This document shows, piece after piece, positions 27,128 through 38,422 of a stretch of 64,000 nucleotides of DNA. The translations under genes were made by a program, and so were the position numbers. Each line of letters starts with the position of its first letter. Position 1 is the first letter of the stretch. Source of the stretch: a virus (lineage: Duplodnaviria > Caudoviricetes); IMG/VR virus record IMGVR_UViG_3300033120_001068, positions 1-64,000 of that record; one strand, given 5' to 3'. The notes beneath the pieces were generated by a model, which had not been told where the DNA came from, did no database searches, and saw only the letters and a program-made list of their open reading frames with translations.

Positions 27128-27490
27128 ATGAATCGTACAACAAAAATAGTATTTAGAGAAAAAGAATATGAAATTACTTTTCCTAATAATAGACAATATA
27201 TTGAGATCCATTCATTAAAATCTAAACTTTCACCAAGATACCAAGAATTAGGATATAGTGGGATAGAGTCTGGATATGCTCAACAACTGGTTGATACTAT
27301 TTCTCACTTTAAAATTCTTTGTCCTGACTTAGAAAAAACCATAAATGTTCCAATGAATGACCTTTCTTTAGAAGATGGATTAGAATTGGTTGGAATTTAT
27401 ACTAAACAATTTAGACCTTGGTATGATGATTTACTTTCTTTTATATTTAAACCAAAGGTTGAAGATGTAAAAGAAAAAAATAATGAATAG
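27128..27490 (+). CDS. tail assembly chaperone
   Basis: Small gene between tube and tape measure. Confidence 0.6.
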   Translation: MNRTTKIVFREKEYEITFPNNRQYIEIHSLKSKLSPRYQELGYSGIESGYAQQLVDTISHFKILCPDLEKTINVPMNDLSLEDGLELVGIYTKQFRPWYDDLLSFIFKPKVEDVKEKNNE

Positions 27491-27797
27491 ACAAAAGGAG
27501 TCAAGAGATTTCTTGTTAAGTTGGAATTATATGTTCCCATTTGACAGATTATGGAGAAAAAGATATAACATTTCATTTCTTTCAAAAGAACATCTTGATT
27601 CTTGTCAAATTGATATAACTTTAGAATTTCTTGAAGAAACTCTCTTTACCACAATTAAGGAAGAATCAATTGAAAGAAATAAAAATAAAACATCTTATGC
27701 AAAAGGAATTTTATTTAAGGAAGAATCAATTGAAAAAGATGAAAAAGAAAATGAAGATGCTTTCTTTAACTTAGATATAGATAAATTTAATGAGTAA
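27483..27797 (+). CDS. second tail assembly chaperone-like protein
   Basis: Synteny before tape measure; WN...DRLWRKRY motif. Confidence 0.5.
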   Translation: MNRQKESRDFLLSWNYMFPFDRLWRKRYNISFLSKEHLDSCQIDITLEFLEETLFTTIKEESIERNKNKTSYAKGILFKEESIEKDEKENEDAFFNLDIDKFNE

Positions 27798-29832
27798 TCA
27801 AACTGTAAGTTTTAATGTTCAAGGCAGTAATGTCCTTTCTTATATGGATTCTGTAAGAGAGAGGTCAACTAATATGGCTAATCAATTTATAAGAGATTCT
27901 CAAAGACAAGGACAAACTGGAAAAGACCAATTAAAAGCAGTAGAAGAAAGAATAAAGGCTCTTGAGAGAGAAAGACTTTTAACTAGAAGGATTGCAGAGG
28001 AGTCAATTAGACAGGAGGCAAGAAACAGAATACAGTCTGTAAATTCAAGTTTAGATGCTAGGGCAGCTTTAAATGCTGAAAATAGAACTAATGGAAACAT
28101 AACTCCTCAGCAATATAGGGAGGAGGAGGCAAGGATAGCACAGTCAAGAAACTTTCTAGATCCTGAAACAATTCTTAGAGATGCAGAAGATAGAGTTAGT
28201 GAACATAGAGAAGGAGAGAGGGATGATAATCTTGTCTTGCAACAACTTAGATTAATTTTAGAAGGCATTAGAACAGGTTCTCAAGGTCAGATAGGAGCAA
28301 TTATAAGTGGAAATGAAACTCTTGAGAACCTTCAAACAGAAAATATAGATGAACTTACTGATTTATCTAATAGAATAGTAACTGAGGGAGTTGGTGGAGA
28401 AAATCCATCTGATGAAGAAAAAAGACCTTCTCCTGCTCTTGCTAACATGATGTCAGTTGCTAATGGAATTTTAGTTGATAGATTAGGTTCTATGGTTTCA
28501 AGTATGCCAGGAGCAAAGAATGAACTTGAATATATCAAGCCTATGATGTCTATAATGGGAGCTTCAATTGCAGGAGTTTTAGGTAGTTTAGGTGATATGG
28601 TTTTAGGGGCCTCAGGAGCAGGATTTGGTTTAGGTAACAGTTCTCTTGGAGTTCTTGGTATTCAGGCAGGAGGCAAATTAGGAGAATTTGCAGGGTCAGC
28701 CTTAGAAAGAACTTATAAAACAAGGGAAGATTTAACAATATCAAACTTGGCTTTAAAAGCAATGACTGGTGGATTAGGGTCAGTTGACAATAACAATGGA
28801 CCTCTTGGTGGAAAAGGGTATATTTCAGGATTAGGACAAGATTATTCACATTTAGGAAAGAGTTTTAATGAGATTTCTCAATTACAATATAATATAGCAA
28901 GTAGGAAAGGAAGTAGTAGTGGATTAGGAAATTCTACAAGAGATGTTTTAGGGTTAGAAAAAGGGTATGGAGTAAAAGAAGAAACAAGTTTGTCTTTACT
29001 TGAATTACTTAGACACAATAAAAAGGGAGATAAAGATTTAGGGAATATAGTCAGTGGTGTTCTTGAAAAAGGAATAACTACAATGTTTAAGAATGATAGA
29101 ACCTACTTAAATGAATTTTTAACTAAAAACTATACTCAATTACAAAAAACTTTATTGAATACTCAATCCTCAGTTGCCTCAGGAACTGTTTATGATATTT
29201 TGAGTAAATTTAATGCAGTTGGAGGACAATTTGACGTAAAAGATAGTAGGTCAGGAGGCTTAATTAACTCAGTACAATCTTCTTTAGCTAACCCAAGCTC
29301 AGACACTATGAAGGCTTTATCTTTTCATTTAATGAAAAAAGAATATCCTGATATGAATCTTGCCGATATTGGAATAGAAACACAAAAAGGTCTTGGTTCA
29401 GAAAAGTATTTTGGTTCAGTGATGAAATATTTAAGTGAGTTGGGAGGGGATGATTCTTATCAGACTTATAATGTAGCATCTGCTTTTGGTTTACAAGGTA
29501 ACCTTTCAGCAGCAAGGGAACTTTTAACTGGATATAGAAATGGAACTTTTAATGGAGGAATGGACCAAAGTAATCTTTTAGGTTCAGGGTCACCAATGGG
29601 ACTTGCAGAACAACAAACTTCTTATTATCAAAAATCAACTGCAGAAATAGAAAATGCTTTTATTGAAGGAGCAATAGACGGGATAAATGAAGTTAAAGGA
29701 AAAATGACTAACCTATTTGGGGTTATGATAGATGAGTTGGAAGAGTTTGTTAGATCAGAGATTAAAAAACTTATTTCTGGTGGAAAAAAACAATTGGTAG
29801 ACAATACAACTAACATTCCTGGAAGAAAATAA
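27790..29832 (+). CDS. tape measure protein
   Basis: Helical, Gly/Ala/Ser-rich, central hydrophobic segment; position after chaperones. Confidence 0.7.
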   Translation: MSNQTVSFNVQGSNVLSYMDSVRERSTNMANQFIRDSQRQGQTGKDQLKAVEERIKALERERLLTRRIAEESIRQEARNRIQSVNSSLDARAALNAENRTNGNITPQQYREEEARIAQSRNFLDPETILRDAEDRVSEHREGERDDNLVLQQLRLILEGIRTGSQGQIGAIISGNETLENLQTENIDELTDLSNRIVTEGVGGENPSDEEKRPSPALANMMSVANGILVDRLGSMVSSMPGAKNELEYIKPMMSIMGASIAGVLGSLGDMVLGASGAGFGLGNSSLGVLGIQAGGKLGEFAGSALERTYKTREDLTISNLALKAMTGGLGSVDNNNGPLGGKGYISGLGQDYSHLGKSFNEISQLQYNIASRKGSSSGLGNSTRDVLGLEKGYGVKEETSLSLLELLRHNKKGDKDLGNIVSGVLEKGITTMFKNDRTYLNEFLTKNYTQLQKTLLNTQSSVASGTVYDILSKFNAVGGQFDVKDSRSGGLINSVQSSLANPSSDTMKALSFHLMKKEYPDMNLADIGIETQKGLGSEKYFGSVMKYLSELGGDDSYQTYNVASAFGLQGNLSAARELLTGYRNGTFNGGMDQSNLLGSGSPMGLAEQQTSYYQKSTAEIENAFIEGAIDGINEVKGKMTNLFGVMIDELEEFVRSEIKKLISGGKKQLVDNTTNIPGRK

Positions 29833-29842
29833 AAACAAATAT

Positions 29843-32710
29843 ATGTCAAATTATGAAGTAACTGTCTGTTCACCAGAAATAAAAACATTAGGGGAATATA
29901 CAAGCCTTCTTGAATCCCCTGCTTTTCAATTTCAAGGTAAGGAAGAGGAGTTTTTAAAAGTTGAAGATGAAGAAGGTAATTCTAATAAAAATTTAATTTA
30001 CTTGCAATATAATGACTGGGAATTAGAAGAAAATAAAGACAAAACTGCCTCAAAACTTCTTTTAAAAACAGGAACTAAACTTCTAATACCAACCTCAAAA
30101 ATTAATACAGTAGCAACTCTTACAGATGGTATTGAAGTAGTTTCAAGTAATTTTAAAGCATTTAAAGCCTCCAATCTTGTAAAACTTCAATCAGATACAA
30201 AATATGTTCAAAAGCATAAACCAATAAATGGAGAATTTACAGGAGTAAGTAAAGATTATTACCCTTATTTGAGTATTCAGATATGGTGTAAATCATTAAG
30301 TATAACTGATAAGTTAGAAGGAGGCTTACTTGATGTAACTCCTTTTATAGTAGCTTGCAATACAACAGTAGGCAAGAATGGGGGACAGTTCAACTTACAA
30401 TTCCCTCCCACACCATGCACTATTTTTAAAGATGGTTCACAAAATTTTCTAGGGTGGATTTGGGAAACAAAAGAAGGAGTTGAGATGTTTGCAGGGCCTT
30501 CTGGTAAAGTAGAATATTTTTCACAAACTGAACTCTTTGAAAGAATTAATGATACTGACTGGGTTGGCACTCCTGACTTGATAAGAACACAATTTTATTT
30601 CCATAACATTATAAAAAGTAATGACTTAGTTTTTATAAAATTTGAGGAACTTGAATTGGAAGAAAACAGAGAAAATACTTCATTGAAAAGGAGTGTTGTT
30701 ACTGATTTAGCAGGAGGAGTTTATGATATGATAGGACTTGTAGATTCTAATCAGCAATCAGTTGACCCTAACACAATGGAGGTTACTATTACAGTTTCAG
30801 GCAGGGACTTGATAAAACTATTTATAGAAGATGGAACTTATTTCTATAACCTTGAAAACATATCAGGACAATTTAGAGTAGCAGGAGAGGCAGCAAGGGA
30901 GTCTGAGTTAATGAGAAGATTGGTTGGTGATAACACCTTATACTATCTTAACCTTTATCAAAATACAAGTATAAAGCATGTTCTGCAATTTATCATTCAA
31001 CAATTATCAACCATTAGAATTGCAGATGACTCAGTATTTCAAGGCTGGGGAACTTATGGTGGAAAAGACAGGAGAAATTATCGTATTAAAAGTGAAGATA
31101 AAGGCATTGAAAAGCAAAATAGATTACAAGAACTTGAAGGAATCAAAACAACAAGTATAACCAATTTTGATGTTTTAATTTTAAAAACTGCACCAACTTA
31201 CCATACACAGAATAAAGACATCTCTTTAATAGTTTGGAATGTTTTATATAGTTTTTTAACAGGACTTAGAACACAAAAGAAAAGAAAAGAAGGAAATCTT
31301 GGTTCAAAAACTGAAACTTTAGGATGGTCAGAATATGTCTTGTCTTATTCTTCTCCTTTTAATACAACTGAAAATTTAGATGAAAATGAGATACCTTATT
31401 TACTAACAATGTTAAATTTAGGAGAAGGAATCTATTCAAAAGTTGCAAACCCTGAAATATCTTCAATGTTAGGGATGGTGGATGAGTATATAGATTTTGA
31501 AAATTCAATAAAAGACAATCCTCAACAAACTTTCTCAACAGGATTGGCAAAAGGAGTTTGGCAAATAGTTAAACTTGTTATAGATGAAGGAATTACAGGA
31601 AGAAGAATTGTAGATAGTTCTATGTCTTCTGCTAATGGTTCTTTGTTGAATTTTATAAGAAAAGTTTGCCAAGAGCCTTTTGTAGAATTTTTAACTGATA
31701 CTTATGGTGACCAATTTTTTCTAATTGCAAGAAAGCCCCCTTTTGATAGAAAAAGTATAAAATCAATTTTATTAGGAGAAGTAACTTTTGATATGGATCT
31801 TGAAAGTAAAAAAACTATATATAATGTTGAAGAAGCAGAGTCTTATATAAAAGCAACTATTATAGATGTAGAAATTGAAGATGTTCTAAAAGAAGATTTA
31901 CAAATGAATGATGGAGAAGTTTATTCTTGGTATAAGTTTGCTCCTCAGAATGTTTATGCAGGTGGAGGAAATATATTGCCTACTTCTTACACTCCTGCTT
32001 TGTTTTTTGAAGATTATGCTAAAATCTGGGGAAGTAAACCTCTTGAACTTGTCCATAATTATAATCCTTACTACCCATTGGTGAATGAGGAAGGAGTTCC
32101 TGATGTAGCAAGATTTGAAACTCAAGCAATTGAGGATTTAAAATATGTTGTAGAATGTAATTCTTATTTGCCTTTTACAAGAAAAGGTCAATTGACTATA
32201 AATGGAGATAGAAGAATAAAAAGAGGGGATTTTATTAGATATAAATCAACCGGGGAGATTTTTTATGTAGATCTTGTAACTCAATCTCACAGTATTTCAG
32301 ATTCTTCAATTGACAGAATTACTACTTTACAAGTATCAAGAGGGATGGTAGAGATTTATATTTATGGGGGAGAAGTGGTTTTTGATAAAGATGGAAAAGG
32401 TTGGTATCCTTCTTATTTTGATATAATAAATACAAATATTGAGATTCAGACAAGACAATATGGTGAAAAAGAAATTGAAAAAGAAGAACTTATAACTAAC
32501 CCTGATGGAACTCAAACTAAAAGAAAATATAAGGAAAAAGTTCCTCAATATATTGGTTTAGATTTAGAAAAGTCTTTGGGAGTTATAAAAGTAAATAAAC
32601 CTATTTTTGACTTTTTTGTGAAAGGGTTACAATTTGAAGCAAGTTTACTTAAAGAAAATCCAAATGGTTTTACTTTACCAGTTATAAATATGAATATTTC
32701 TAAAAAATAA
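29843..32710 (+). CDS. baseplate hub-like protein
   Basis: 955 aa after tape measure; GRDLIKLF, EPFVEF and GQLTINGDRRIKRG patterns typical of hub proteins. Confidence 0.55.
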   Translation: MSNYEVTVCSPEIKTLGEYTSLLESPAFQFQGKEEEFLKVEDEEGNSNKNLIYLQYNDWELEENKDKTASKLLLKTGTKLLIPTSKINTVATLTDGIEVVSSNFKAFKASNLVKLQSDTKYVQKHKPINGEFTGVSKDYYPYLSIQIWCKSLSITDKLEGGLLDVTPFIVACNTTVGKNGGQFNLQFPPTPCTIFKDGSQNFLGWIWETKEGVEMFAGPSGKVEYFSQTELFERINDTDWVGTPDLIRTQFYFHNIIKSNDLVFIKFEELELEENRENTSLKRSVVTDLAGGVYDMIGLVDSNQQSVDPNTMEVTITVSGRDLIKLFIEDGTYFYNLENISGQFRVAGEAARESELMRRLVGDNTLYYLNLYQNTSIKHVLQFIIQQLSTIRIADDSVFQGWGTYGGKDRRNYRIKSEDKGIEKQNRLQELEGIKTTSITNFDVLILKTAPTYHTQNKDISLIVWNVLYSFLTGLRTQKKRKEGNLGSKTETLGWSEYVLSYSSPFNTTENLDENEIPYLLTMLNLGEGIYSKVANPEISSMLGMVDEYIDFENSIKDNPQQTFSTGLAKGVWQIVKLVIDEGITGRRIVDSSMSSANGSLLNFIRKVCQEPFVEFLTDTYGDQFFLIARKPPFDRKSIKSILLGEVTFDMDLESKKTIYNVEEAESYIKATIIDVEIEDVLKEDLQMNDGEVYSWYKFAPQNVYAGGGNILPTSYTPALFFEDYAKIWGSKPLELVHNYNPYYPLVNEEGVPDVARFETQAIEDLKYVVECNSYLPFTRKGQLTINGDRRIKRGDFIRYKSTGEIFYVDLVTQSHSISDSSIDRITTLQVSRGMVEIYIYGGEVVFDKDGKGWYPSYFDIINTNIEIQTRQYGEKEIEKEELITNPDGTQTKRKYKEKVPQYIGLDLEKSLGVIKVNKPIFDFFVKGLQFEASLLKENPNGFTLPVINMNISKK

Positions 32711-32715
32711 AACCC

Positions 32716-33522
32716 ATGTCTTTTGTACCAGGATATAATTATAGTGTAGGTGTAGGATACATTGCTATACCAGTAGACATTGATAGAGACAAGTATATAG
32801 GACTTTGTTATAAGACAAATACTGTAAGTATTTTGTGTGATGATGGAAGTTTTTTTAACAGAATCCCAATTCCAAGTTCAATTCTTGGTTTTATTGATTT
32901 CCCTAAAAATGTAAGAGATTTTGGTACTGCTGTCTTATATGTAAATGAGCCTATTAAAAATCAACTTTTTATAGTTTCATTAGTTGAGTCACCAATAGAA
33001 ATTGGAGATATGACTGAGAATCAGTTTAAGTGGAAAAGAAAATGGGGAAATAATTTAGTTGAAATTTCAGGGAGTGGAAAAGAAAAATATGTCTCAATAA
33101 CTGTAGATGGTGAGGAGGGAGAAAGTAATTTTATAGTATCAGTAAAAAATAAAAGTAAGACAGGAAAGGTTTTAATTGAAACTGATGGAGAAATTAAATT
33201 ATCAACCAACCAAAAATTATCTCTTGAAACCTTTAAAGAATTTATTGTATCAACACTAAGTAAAAATGAGATTCTTGCTTTATATAAGCAATCAGAAGAA
33301 GAACACTATTTTGAAGGAAAAAAGTTTAGAATAAATAAAGGAGATGAAGCAATGCTGAAAGGAAATAAAACAAAAGATTTTCTTGAAGAACTTTTAACTA
33401 CAATCTCAAAAATTACGGTAACAACCTCTCTTGGGGTGATGCCAATAATGAATCTTCAAGACTTTATTCTTTTAAAAGAGAAATTAAAACTATTATTATC
33501 TGAAAAATCTTTTTTAGAATAA
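32716..33522 (+). CDS. baseplate spike-like protein
   Basis: After hub; beta-repeat middle; C-terminal TTSLG motif. Confidence 0.5.
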   Translation: MSFVPGYNYSVGVGYIAIPVDIDRDKYIGLCYKTNTVSILCDDGSFFNRIPIPSSILGFIDFPKNVRDFGTAVLYVNEPIKNQLFIVSLVESPIEIGDMTENQFKWKRKWGNNLVEISGSGKEKYVSITVDGEEGESNFIVSVKNKSKTGKVLIETDGEIKLSTNQKLSLETFKEFIVSTLSKNEILALYKQSEEEHYFEGKKFRINKGDEAMLKGNKTKDFLEELLTTISKITVTTSLGVMPIMNLQDFILLKEKLKLLLSEKSFLE

Positions 33523-33543
33523 ATTCATTAACTTTAAAGCAAG

Positions 33544-34251
33544 ATGAGTAGTATTCAAGGCGTAATTGAAGAAAGAAATAGACTTCTAAGTACTATTGGA
33601 AAAGAGACTTTAAATATAATGTTTCCAAAAGAATTTGAGTTATATGTTATGGCTTTTGAGGTGGTGGATAGTTCAAATAAAACATTAGAATATTTCTTGT
33701 TTCCAGTAATGCCAGATGAATTTTCAGAGTCTATACCTTTCATAAATAGTATAAAGAAAACTTTAGGGGGTGTTACTGCAATAAGTAATAATACCTTTGT
33801 GCCTACTGATATTACACTTTCTGGATCTTTTGGAAGGAGTTTTAAAATTTCATTAGGAGGAGTTTTACTTGACTTAATTTCTTCTTATAAATCAAATAAA
33901 CTTAGATCTTTCAGTAAACTTGCTAAGACTGGATATGGATATTGTAAAGTTTTACAGTCACTTATAAATGACAGTAAATTACCAGATTCTTTAGGGAACA
34001 GTAAACTTTTAATATTTCATAACTTAGCCTTAGGTAACTCCTATCTTGTAAAACCTTCAAACTTGACTTTTAGACAGTCTCAACAAAATAATATGATATG
34101 GAATTATAGTCTTTCACTTAAAACCATAGCACCATTAGAATCTTTAAATAAAAAGGGTCAGATTAAAAAGAAAAACTTACTTTTGGTTATGTCTGGTTTT
34201 ATTCAAAAAAGAACAACAAATTTAATTTCTAATCTAAATTCTTTATTATGA
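33544..34251 (+). CDS. baseplate / tube-initiator protein
   Basis: Synteny; FPVMPDEFS...ITLSGSFG motif. Confidence 0.5.
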   Translation: MSSIQGVIEERNRLLSTIGKETLNIMFPKEFELYVMAFEVVDSSNKTLEYFLFPVMPDEFSESIPFINSIKKTLGGVTAISNNTFVPTDITLSGSFGRSFKISLGGVLLDLISSYKSNKLRSFSKLAKTGYGYCKVLQSLINDSKLPDSLGNSKLLIFHNLALGNSYLVKPSNLTFRQSQQNNMIWNYSLSLKTIAPLESLNKKGQIKKKNLLLVMSGFIQKRTTNLISNLNSLL

Positions 34252-35177
34252 TTTTAAAAAAAGAAATATTAGAGGAATTTAAAAGAATTACTGGAAAAGA
34301 TATCCAAAGTTTTTTAAAAGAAACTTCTGATTTTATGAATCAGAATTACCCTTACATTTTACAATATTTTTCTGGAAAAGCAAACACTTTATCTTCAATT
34401 CATTATAAAAAATTACAACTTCAAAAGGAGAAACTGGTAATTATGTTTGAAGGGTATTACTTTAACTCTCAGCAATTAGTTGGAACAAGATGGTGGGATT
34501 TATTGCAATTATTAGAAGACATAGATAGTCAATTCAATACTATTGATAATATTCCAAAATGGTCAAGAAGTTCTATAACAGAAATAAGTTATTCCTCAAC
34601 TGTAAATCTTGACTATACTTTGAAACAAAATCAGAGTTTAGAGAAAGTTGCAGTTGAAGTTATGGATGGTTCTGGAAATGATTGGACAAAAATTGCTTTA
34701 TCAAATTCTTTAAAAGAGGAAGATTATTCTTTAACAAGTCAAAACCTTTTGAAAATAGTTGGAAATAAAGCAGTGAAACCTATAAATATCATTAGTGTAG
34801 TTGATGTAATTGATAGAAAGAAAATTTATGGTAGAGATTTAATAAAGTACATTTCCTTTGAAGATGAAGATTTGGTCAGTTTAGATTATTGGGACACTAT
34901 TTTACAAACGGTGGATATCTTATCAAACTTGAAAAGAGGAGATAATCCAATGGAACCTAATGAAGGAGTACAATCTTCAATAGTAACAGGAGGAAATAGG
35001 GCAACTTTTAACTTCCCAATTTTAACAAGGCAGATGAGTCAAGTATTTTCAAGTGATGATACTTTAAAAGACTTTCAAGTACTTTCTTTGAAGATTGAGG
35101 AAGATAATTTAAATTTAGAATACCAAGTCTATACAAGAGTTGATGAAGTTGAGATAAATAACACAGTAAACTTTTAA
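34248..35177 (+). CDS. baseplate wedge protein (LysM-like plus gp25-like)
   Basis: YTLKQNQSLEKVA...WTKIALSN LysM-like segment; YGRDL...LKRGDNP...G gp25-like segment. Confidence 0.55.
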   Translation: MILKKEILEEFKRITGKDIQSFLKETSDFMNQNYPYILQYFSGKANTLSSIHYKKLQLQKEKLVIMFEGYYFNSQQLVGTRWWDLLQLLEDIDSQFNTIDNIPKWSRSSITEISYSSTVNLDYTLKQNQSLEKVAVEVMDGSGNDWTKIALSNSLKEEDYSLTSQNLLKIVGNKAVKPINIISVVDVIDRKKIYGRDLIKYISFEDEDLVSLDYWDTILQTVDILSNLKRGDNPMEPNEGVQSSIVTGGNRATFNFPILTRQMSQVFSSDDTLKDFQVLSLKIEEDNLNLEYQVYTRVDEVEINNTVNF

Positions 35178-35179
35178 AA

Positions 35180-36382
35180 ATGTCTTTAAACATAAAACCA
35201 ACTACAAGTGAGGAAAGGAAATTACTGTTCCTTGAAACTTTTTTTAATACAACTTCTAAGGTTTCAAAATCTTCTCCTCACTCAATTGTAAGTGGTATAG
35301 CAGGAGGAATTGGAAAAATTTCAGGTAAGTCAGAAAAAGACATAATTCTTGCATTATCTCAATTATTTCCTGATACTGCTTATTCTCAAGAACTTGACCA
35401 AGTGGCAAGTAATTTTGGTTTAGCAAGTAGATTTACTTCTTCAGGAAGTTCTCTTTATATAAGAGTTGTAGGAAATCCAGGTACTGTATATATACAAGGA
35501 TTACATATTTTTTCTTCTAATTCAGGAATACAATTTGAAATGGAAGAAACAACTTTCACTATACCAATACATGGTTTTGGATATATAAAAGTAAGATCTT
35601 TATTGCAAGGAGAAACCACCAATATAAAGTCACTATCTTTGACAAGAATCTCTCCAATACCCTCAGGTCATAAATATTTAATAAATGAGTCTCCTGCTAC
35701 AGGAGGAAGGGATGTTGAAAGTGATGAATTATTTAGAATAAGAATAAAAGATGGATCAAACATTTTAGCAAGAGGAACCCTTGCAATGTTAGAACAAGTC
35801 TTTATGTCTATCAATCAAAAAGTCTTAAAATGTATTTATCAAGGGATAAATTCAAAAGGGAAAATAAGAATAGCAATTGTAACTCAGAATGGTCAAGCTT
35901 TGTCTAATACAGAACTTGACTTACTTTTAGAAAATTCCTATGAGTACTTCTGTTTAACTGATAATAAGCCTATTGGTGTAAACTATTATGGTGTTGAGTT
36001 AATTAATATAGACTATCAACCAATAGACATTTCTTTTAGATGTTCTTACAATGGTAATCCTGATGAAATAAGACAAGCAATTCAGATAAATATCAATAAA
36101 TATTTGGACCATAGATTTTTTGACCCAAGTAAACAAAAAGTTGAGTGGGATAATTTATTAGAGATTGTAAAGAATACCAGTAACGTGAAATATGTTCCTG
36201 ACCAATATTTCTTTCCAAGAACTGATATTGTAGTTGATACTCATAAACTCCCAAGATTAAGAGGATTCTTGATGCTGGATTTAAATGGTTCAATTATACA
36301 AGATTTTCAAGGACTATTGAATCCAGTTTATTACCCTTCAACTCCTGACTTTTCTTTACAGCAGTCTATTATAAATGGATAA
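35180..36382 (+). CDS. baseplate J-like wedge protein
   Basis: Hallmark ATGGRDVESDELFRIRI. Confidence 0.88.
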   Translation: MSLNIKPTTSEERKLLFLETFFNTTSKVSKSSPHSIVSGIAGGIGKISGKSEKDIILALSQLFPDTAYSQELDQVASNFGLASRFTSSGSSLYIRVVGNPGTVYIQGLHIFSSNSGIQFEMEETTFTIPIHGFGYIKVRSLLQGETTNIKSLSLTRISPIPSGHKYLINESPATGGRDVESDELFRIRIKDGSNILARGTLAMLEQVFMSINQKVLKCIYQGINSKGKIRIAIVTQNGQALSNTELDLLLENSYEYFCLTDNKPIGVNYYGVELINIDYQPIDISFRCSYNGNPDEIRQAIQININKYLDHRFFDPSKQKVEWDNLLEIVKNTSNVKYVPDQYFFPRTDIVVDTHKLPRLRGFLMLDLNGSIIQDFQGLLNPVYYPSTPDFSLQQSIING

Positions 36383-36387
36383 AAATT

Positions 36388-38127
36388 ATGATAGAAATTG
36401 GATATAGAAAAGATATAGGTAATACAGTGGTTTTAGAAATGAAACCAGTAGTTGGAATAATTGGAATAATTTCATTGACTGAAAATATAAGTGGAACCTT
36501 TTTGAAAAGTTTTTCTTATAGTTTAGATGGTATTAATTATAGTGACCAGTTAGATTTGTCTTTAATAACCACAATACTTTTTAATAAAAAAGACACTGTT
36601 TGCATTACAATAATTTATACTAAGATAGATAATGGAGAAGTTGTAGATGTTTTTCTTACAGAACTTGTTTCTACCATTGATTATGACCAGACTTATTTTG
36701 ATACAAGTAATTTTAAGAAGTTCTTTGAATCATCTGATAATGAGTTGGTGCCTTGGTTTATAAATGTTCTTAAAAAGACATATTCAGTTGATAATGATGT
36801 TTTACCTAAATTTATAGATAGAAAAAATAAAGAAGGGTTAGACAAAGATTTTATTGATTTTTGGTTAGCAATTTCTAAGTTTTTCAGTTTCTTTGTTATT
36901 TATTCAAGAAAATATCAAAAATTTTATCTTCAAGAAGATTTATTGAGAGAATTTCTTTCACAGAGAGGAATGCTTATTTCTCAGTTTGACAGTTTAGAGG
37001 AACTTCAATATTTAATGGAGAAATTTTACCATGAAGTATTTTTGAGAGGAACAAATAATATACAGTCAAGAAAGGTTATAGAAGATTTTAGTTTTGAAGG
37101 ATTTTTAGATTATAACAATACAAAAGGAGAAGTTAATGGTGAATTATTAAGATTAATAAATTTCTTACCTAAGAATGAATTATTATTTAATTTACATGAG
37201 CCTCAAAATTTTGGATGGAATTTAGGAAACAGTTCTCCTCTTTACAGAGGATTAGGAATGAACAAGTCTTTATATAAGTTGACTGAATCTTCAAAAACTA
37301 CTAAAATAAATATTTCTTTAAGTTATGAGATTAGTTTTAAAATTAAAACTGATAAACCAATAACTTTAAGACTTTTAGGCTTTGATTCTTCTCATGACCC
37401 TATAAAATTTATTTCTCAGAAAGATGGTTCAATTACAGATTACTTTTTTGAAGATCTTGAATTATATAGAGATGACATTTTTGTTTATATTAAATGCTAT
37501 TTGTATAGAAAAGATTTTCCCATAAACAACTTAAACAACCCTTTAAATCAAGGAAACAACTTAATTATTGGGTCTGAAAGTGTAAATTATATTAGACCAG
37601 TATTTTATATAGATGGGTTGGAGATGGTTTTAACAGAAGAAGAAGAATTTAGAATTAATCCTTTAGAAACAAGTTATTCCCATGGTATCCTGCAGGTTTA
37701 TAATTGGATTAGTTGTTTTATAGTAAATAATAATTACTCTAAGAAACTGCATGATGTAAAACAAACAATAAGAAAATATTTAATCCCTTATAATTCACAT
37801 TTAGAGTTAATTGGTTTATTTCCCAGCACTATTATTGAAATTGAAAAAGATAAGTGTGATTATTTGATTGATCTTTCTGAGTTGGAAATTGGAGATGATA
37901 GTTTTCAACTTAAAGTTTTAATAAATGGTAACTGGGTGGATGTTACAGGAGAGGTGGTAGGGGATGTTTGGATTAGATTACAAACTTCTGATTTTATAAG
38001 TGAATATAGAGTTTTTGTTTCTGGTGAAATTATAATTGAGGACTTAGTTTCTAAATCAAACTGTACCAATGATTGTGGTTGTATTTATGTAGAATGTGGT
38101 TATTGGGATTGTTCTACCTATCCTTAA
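36388..38127 (+). CDS. baseplate wedge (gpI-like) protein
   Basis: Follows baseplate J; RGT motif; Cys-rich C-terminus. Confidence 0.5.
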   Translation: MIEIGYRKDIGNTVVLEMKPVVGIIGIISLTENISGTFLKSFSYSLDGINYSDQLDLSLITTILFNKKDTVCITIIYTKIDNGEVVDVFLTELVSTIDYDQTYFDTSNFKKFFESSDNELVPWFINVLKKTYSVDNDVLPKFIDRKNKEGLDKDFIDFWLAISKFFSFFVIYSRKYQKFYLQEDLLREFLSQRGMLISQFDSLEELQYLMEKFYHEVFLRGTNNIQSRKVIEDFSFEGFLDYNNTKGEVNGELLRLINFLPKNELLFNLHEPQNFGWNLGNSSPLYRGLGMNKSLYKLTESSKTTKINISLSYEISFKIKTDKPITLRLLGFDSSHDPIKFISQKDGSITDYFFEDLELYRDDIFVYIKCYLYRKDFPINNLNNPLNQGNNLIIGSESVNYIRPVFYIDGLEMVLTEEEEFRINPLETSYSHGILQVYNWISCFIVNNNYSKKLHDVKQTIRKYLIPYNSHLELIGLFPSTIIEIEKDKCDYLIDLSELEIGDDSFQLKVLINGNWVDVTGEVVGDVWIRLQTSDFISEYRVFVSGEIIIEDLVSKSNCTNDCGCIYVECGYWDCSTYP

Positions 38128-38155
38128 TTTTTTTTTATTAAATTTATCTTATAAA

Positions 38156-38416
38156 ATGAGTATTTTAGTTAAATATAACGAAACAGGGAGAAAACTAACC
38201 ACTGAAGAGGTGGATGGTAATTGGAGTAAAATAGAAGATAGATTTAATGTAATTGAATCTCCTGGAGTTTTACTTTTTAAAAAAACTGGAAATGGTAATT
38301 TAAAAAGTATTCAAATAGGGGATGTTAGATTAGGATTTCTTGATTCTTCTTCTTTTGGATTTCAGCAATGGGATGGTACAGATTGGGTGGAACTTAATGC
38401 AATGACAATACAATAA
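38156..38416 (+). CDS. small tail-fibre-associated protein
   Basis: Probable start MSILVK at 38156; RKLTTEEVDGNW fibre N-terminal-like motif. Confidence 0.5.
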   Translation: MSILVKYNETGRKLTTEEVDGNWSKIEDRFNVIESPGVLLFKKTGNGNLKSIQIGDVRLGFLDSSSFGFQQWDGTDWVELNAMTIQ

Positions 38417-38422
38417 ATAATT

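Noticed and set aside
27460-27500. Programmed -1 frameshift between the two tail chaperone genes
   Set aside because: The downstream ORF is in the +1 frame and has its own overlapping ATG, so the classic G/GT shift is not supported
7670-27740. Short direct repeats (7680 region, 20830/20890, 27655/27715)
   Set aside because: In-frame duplications within low-complexity Lys/Glu-rich coding sequence, with no sign of independent function
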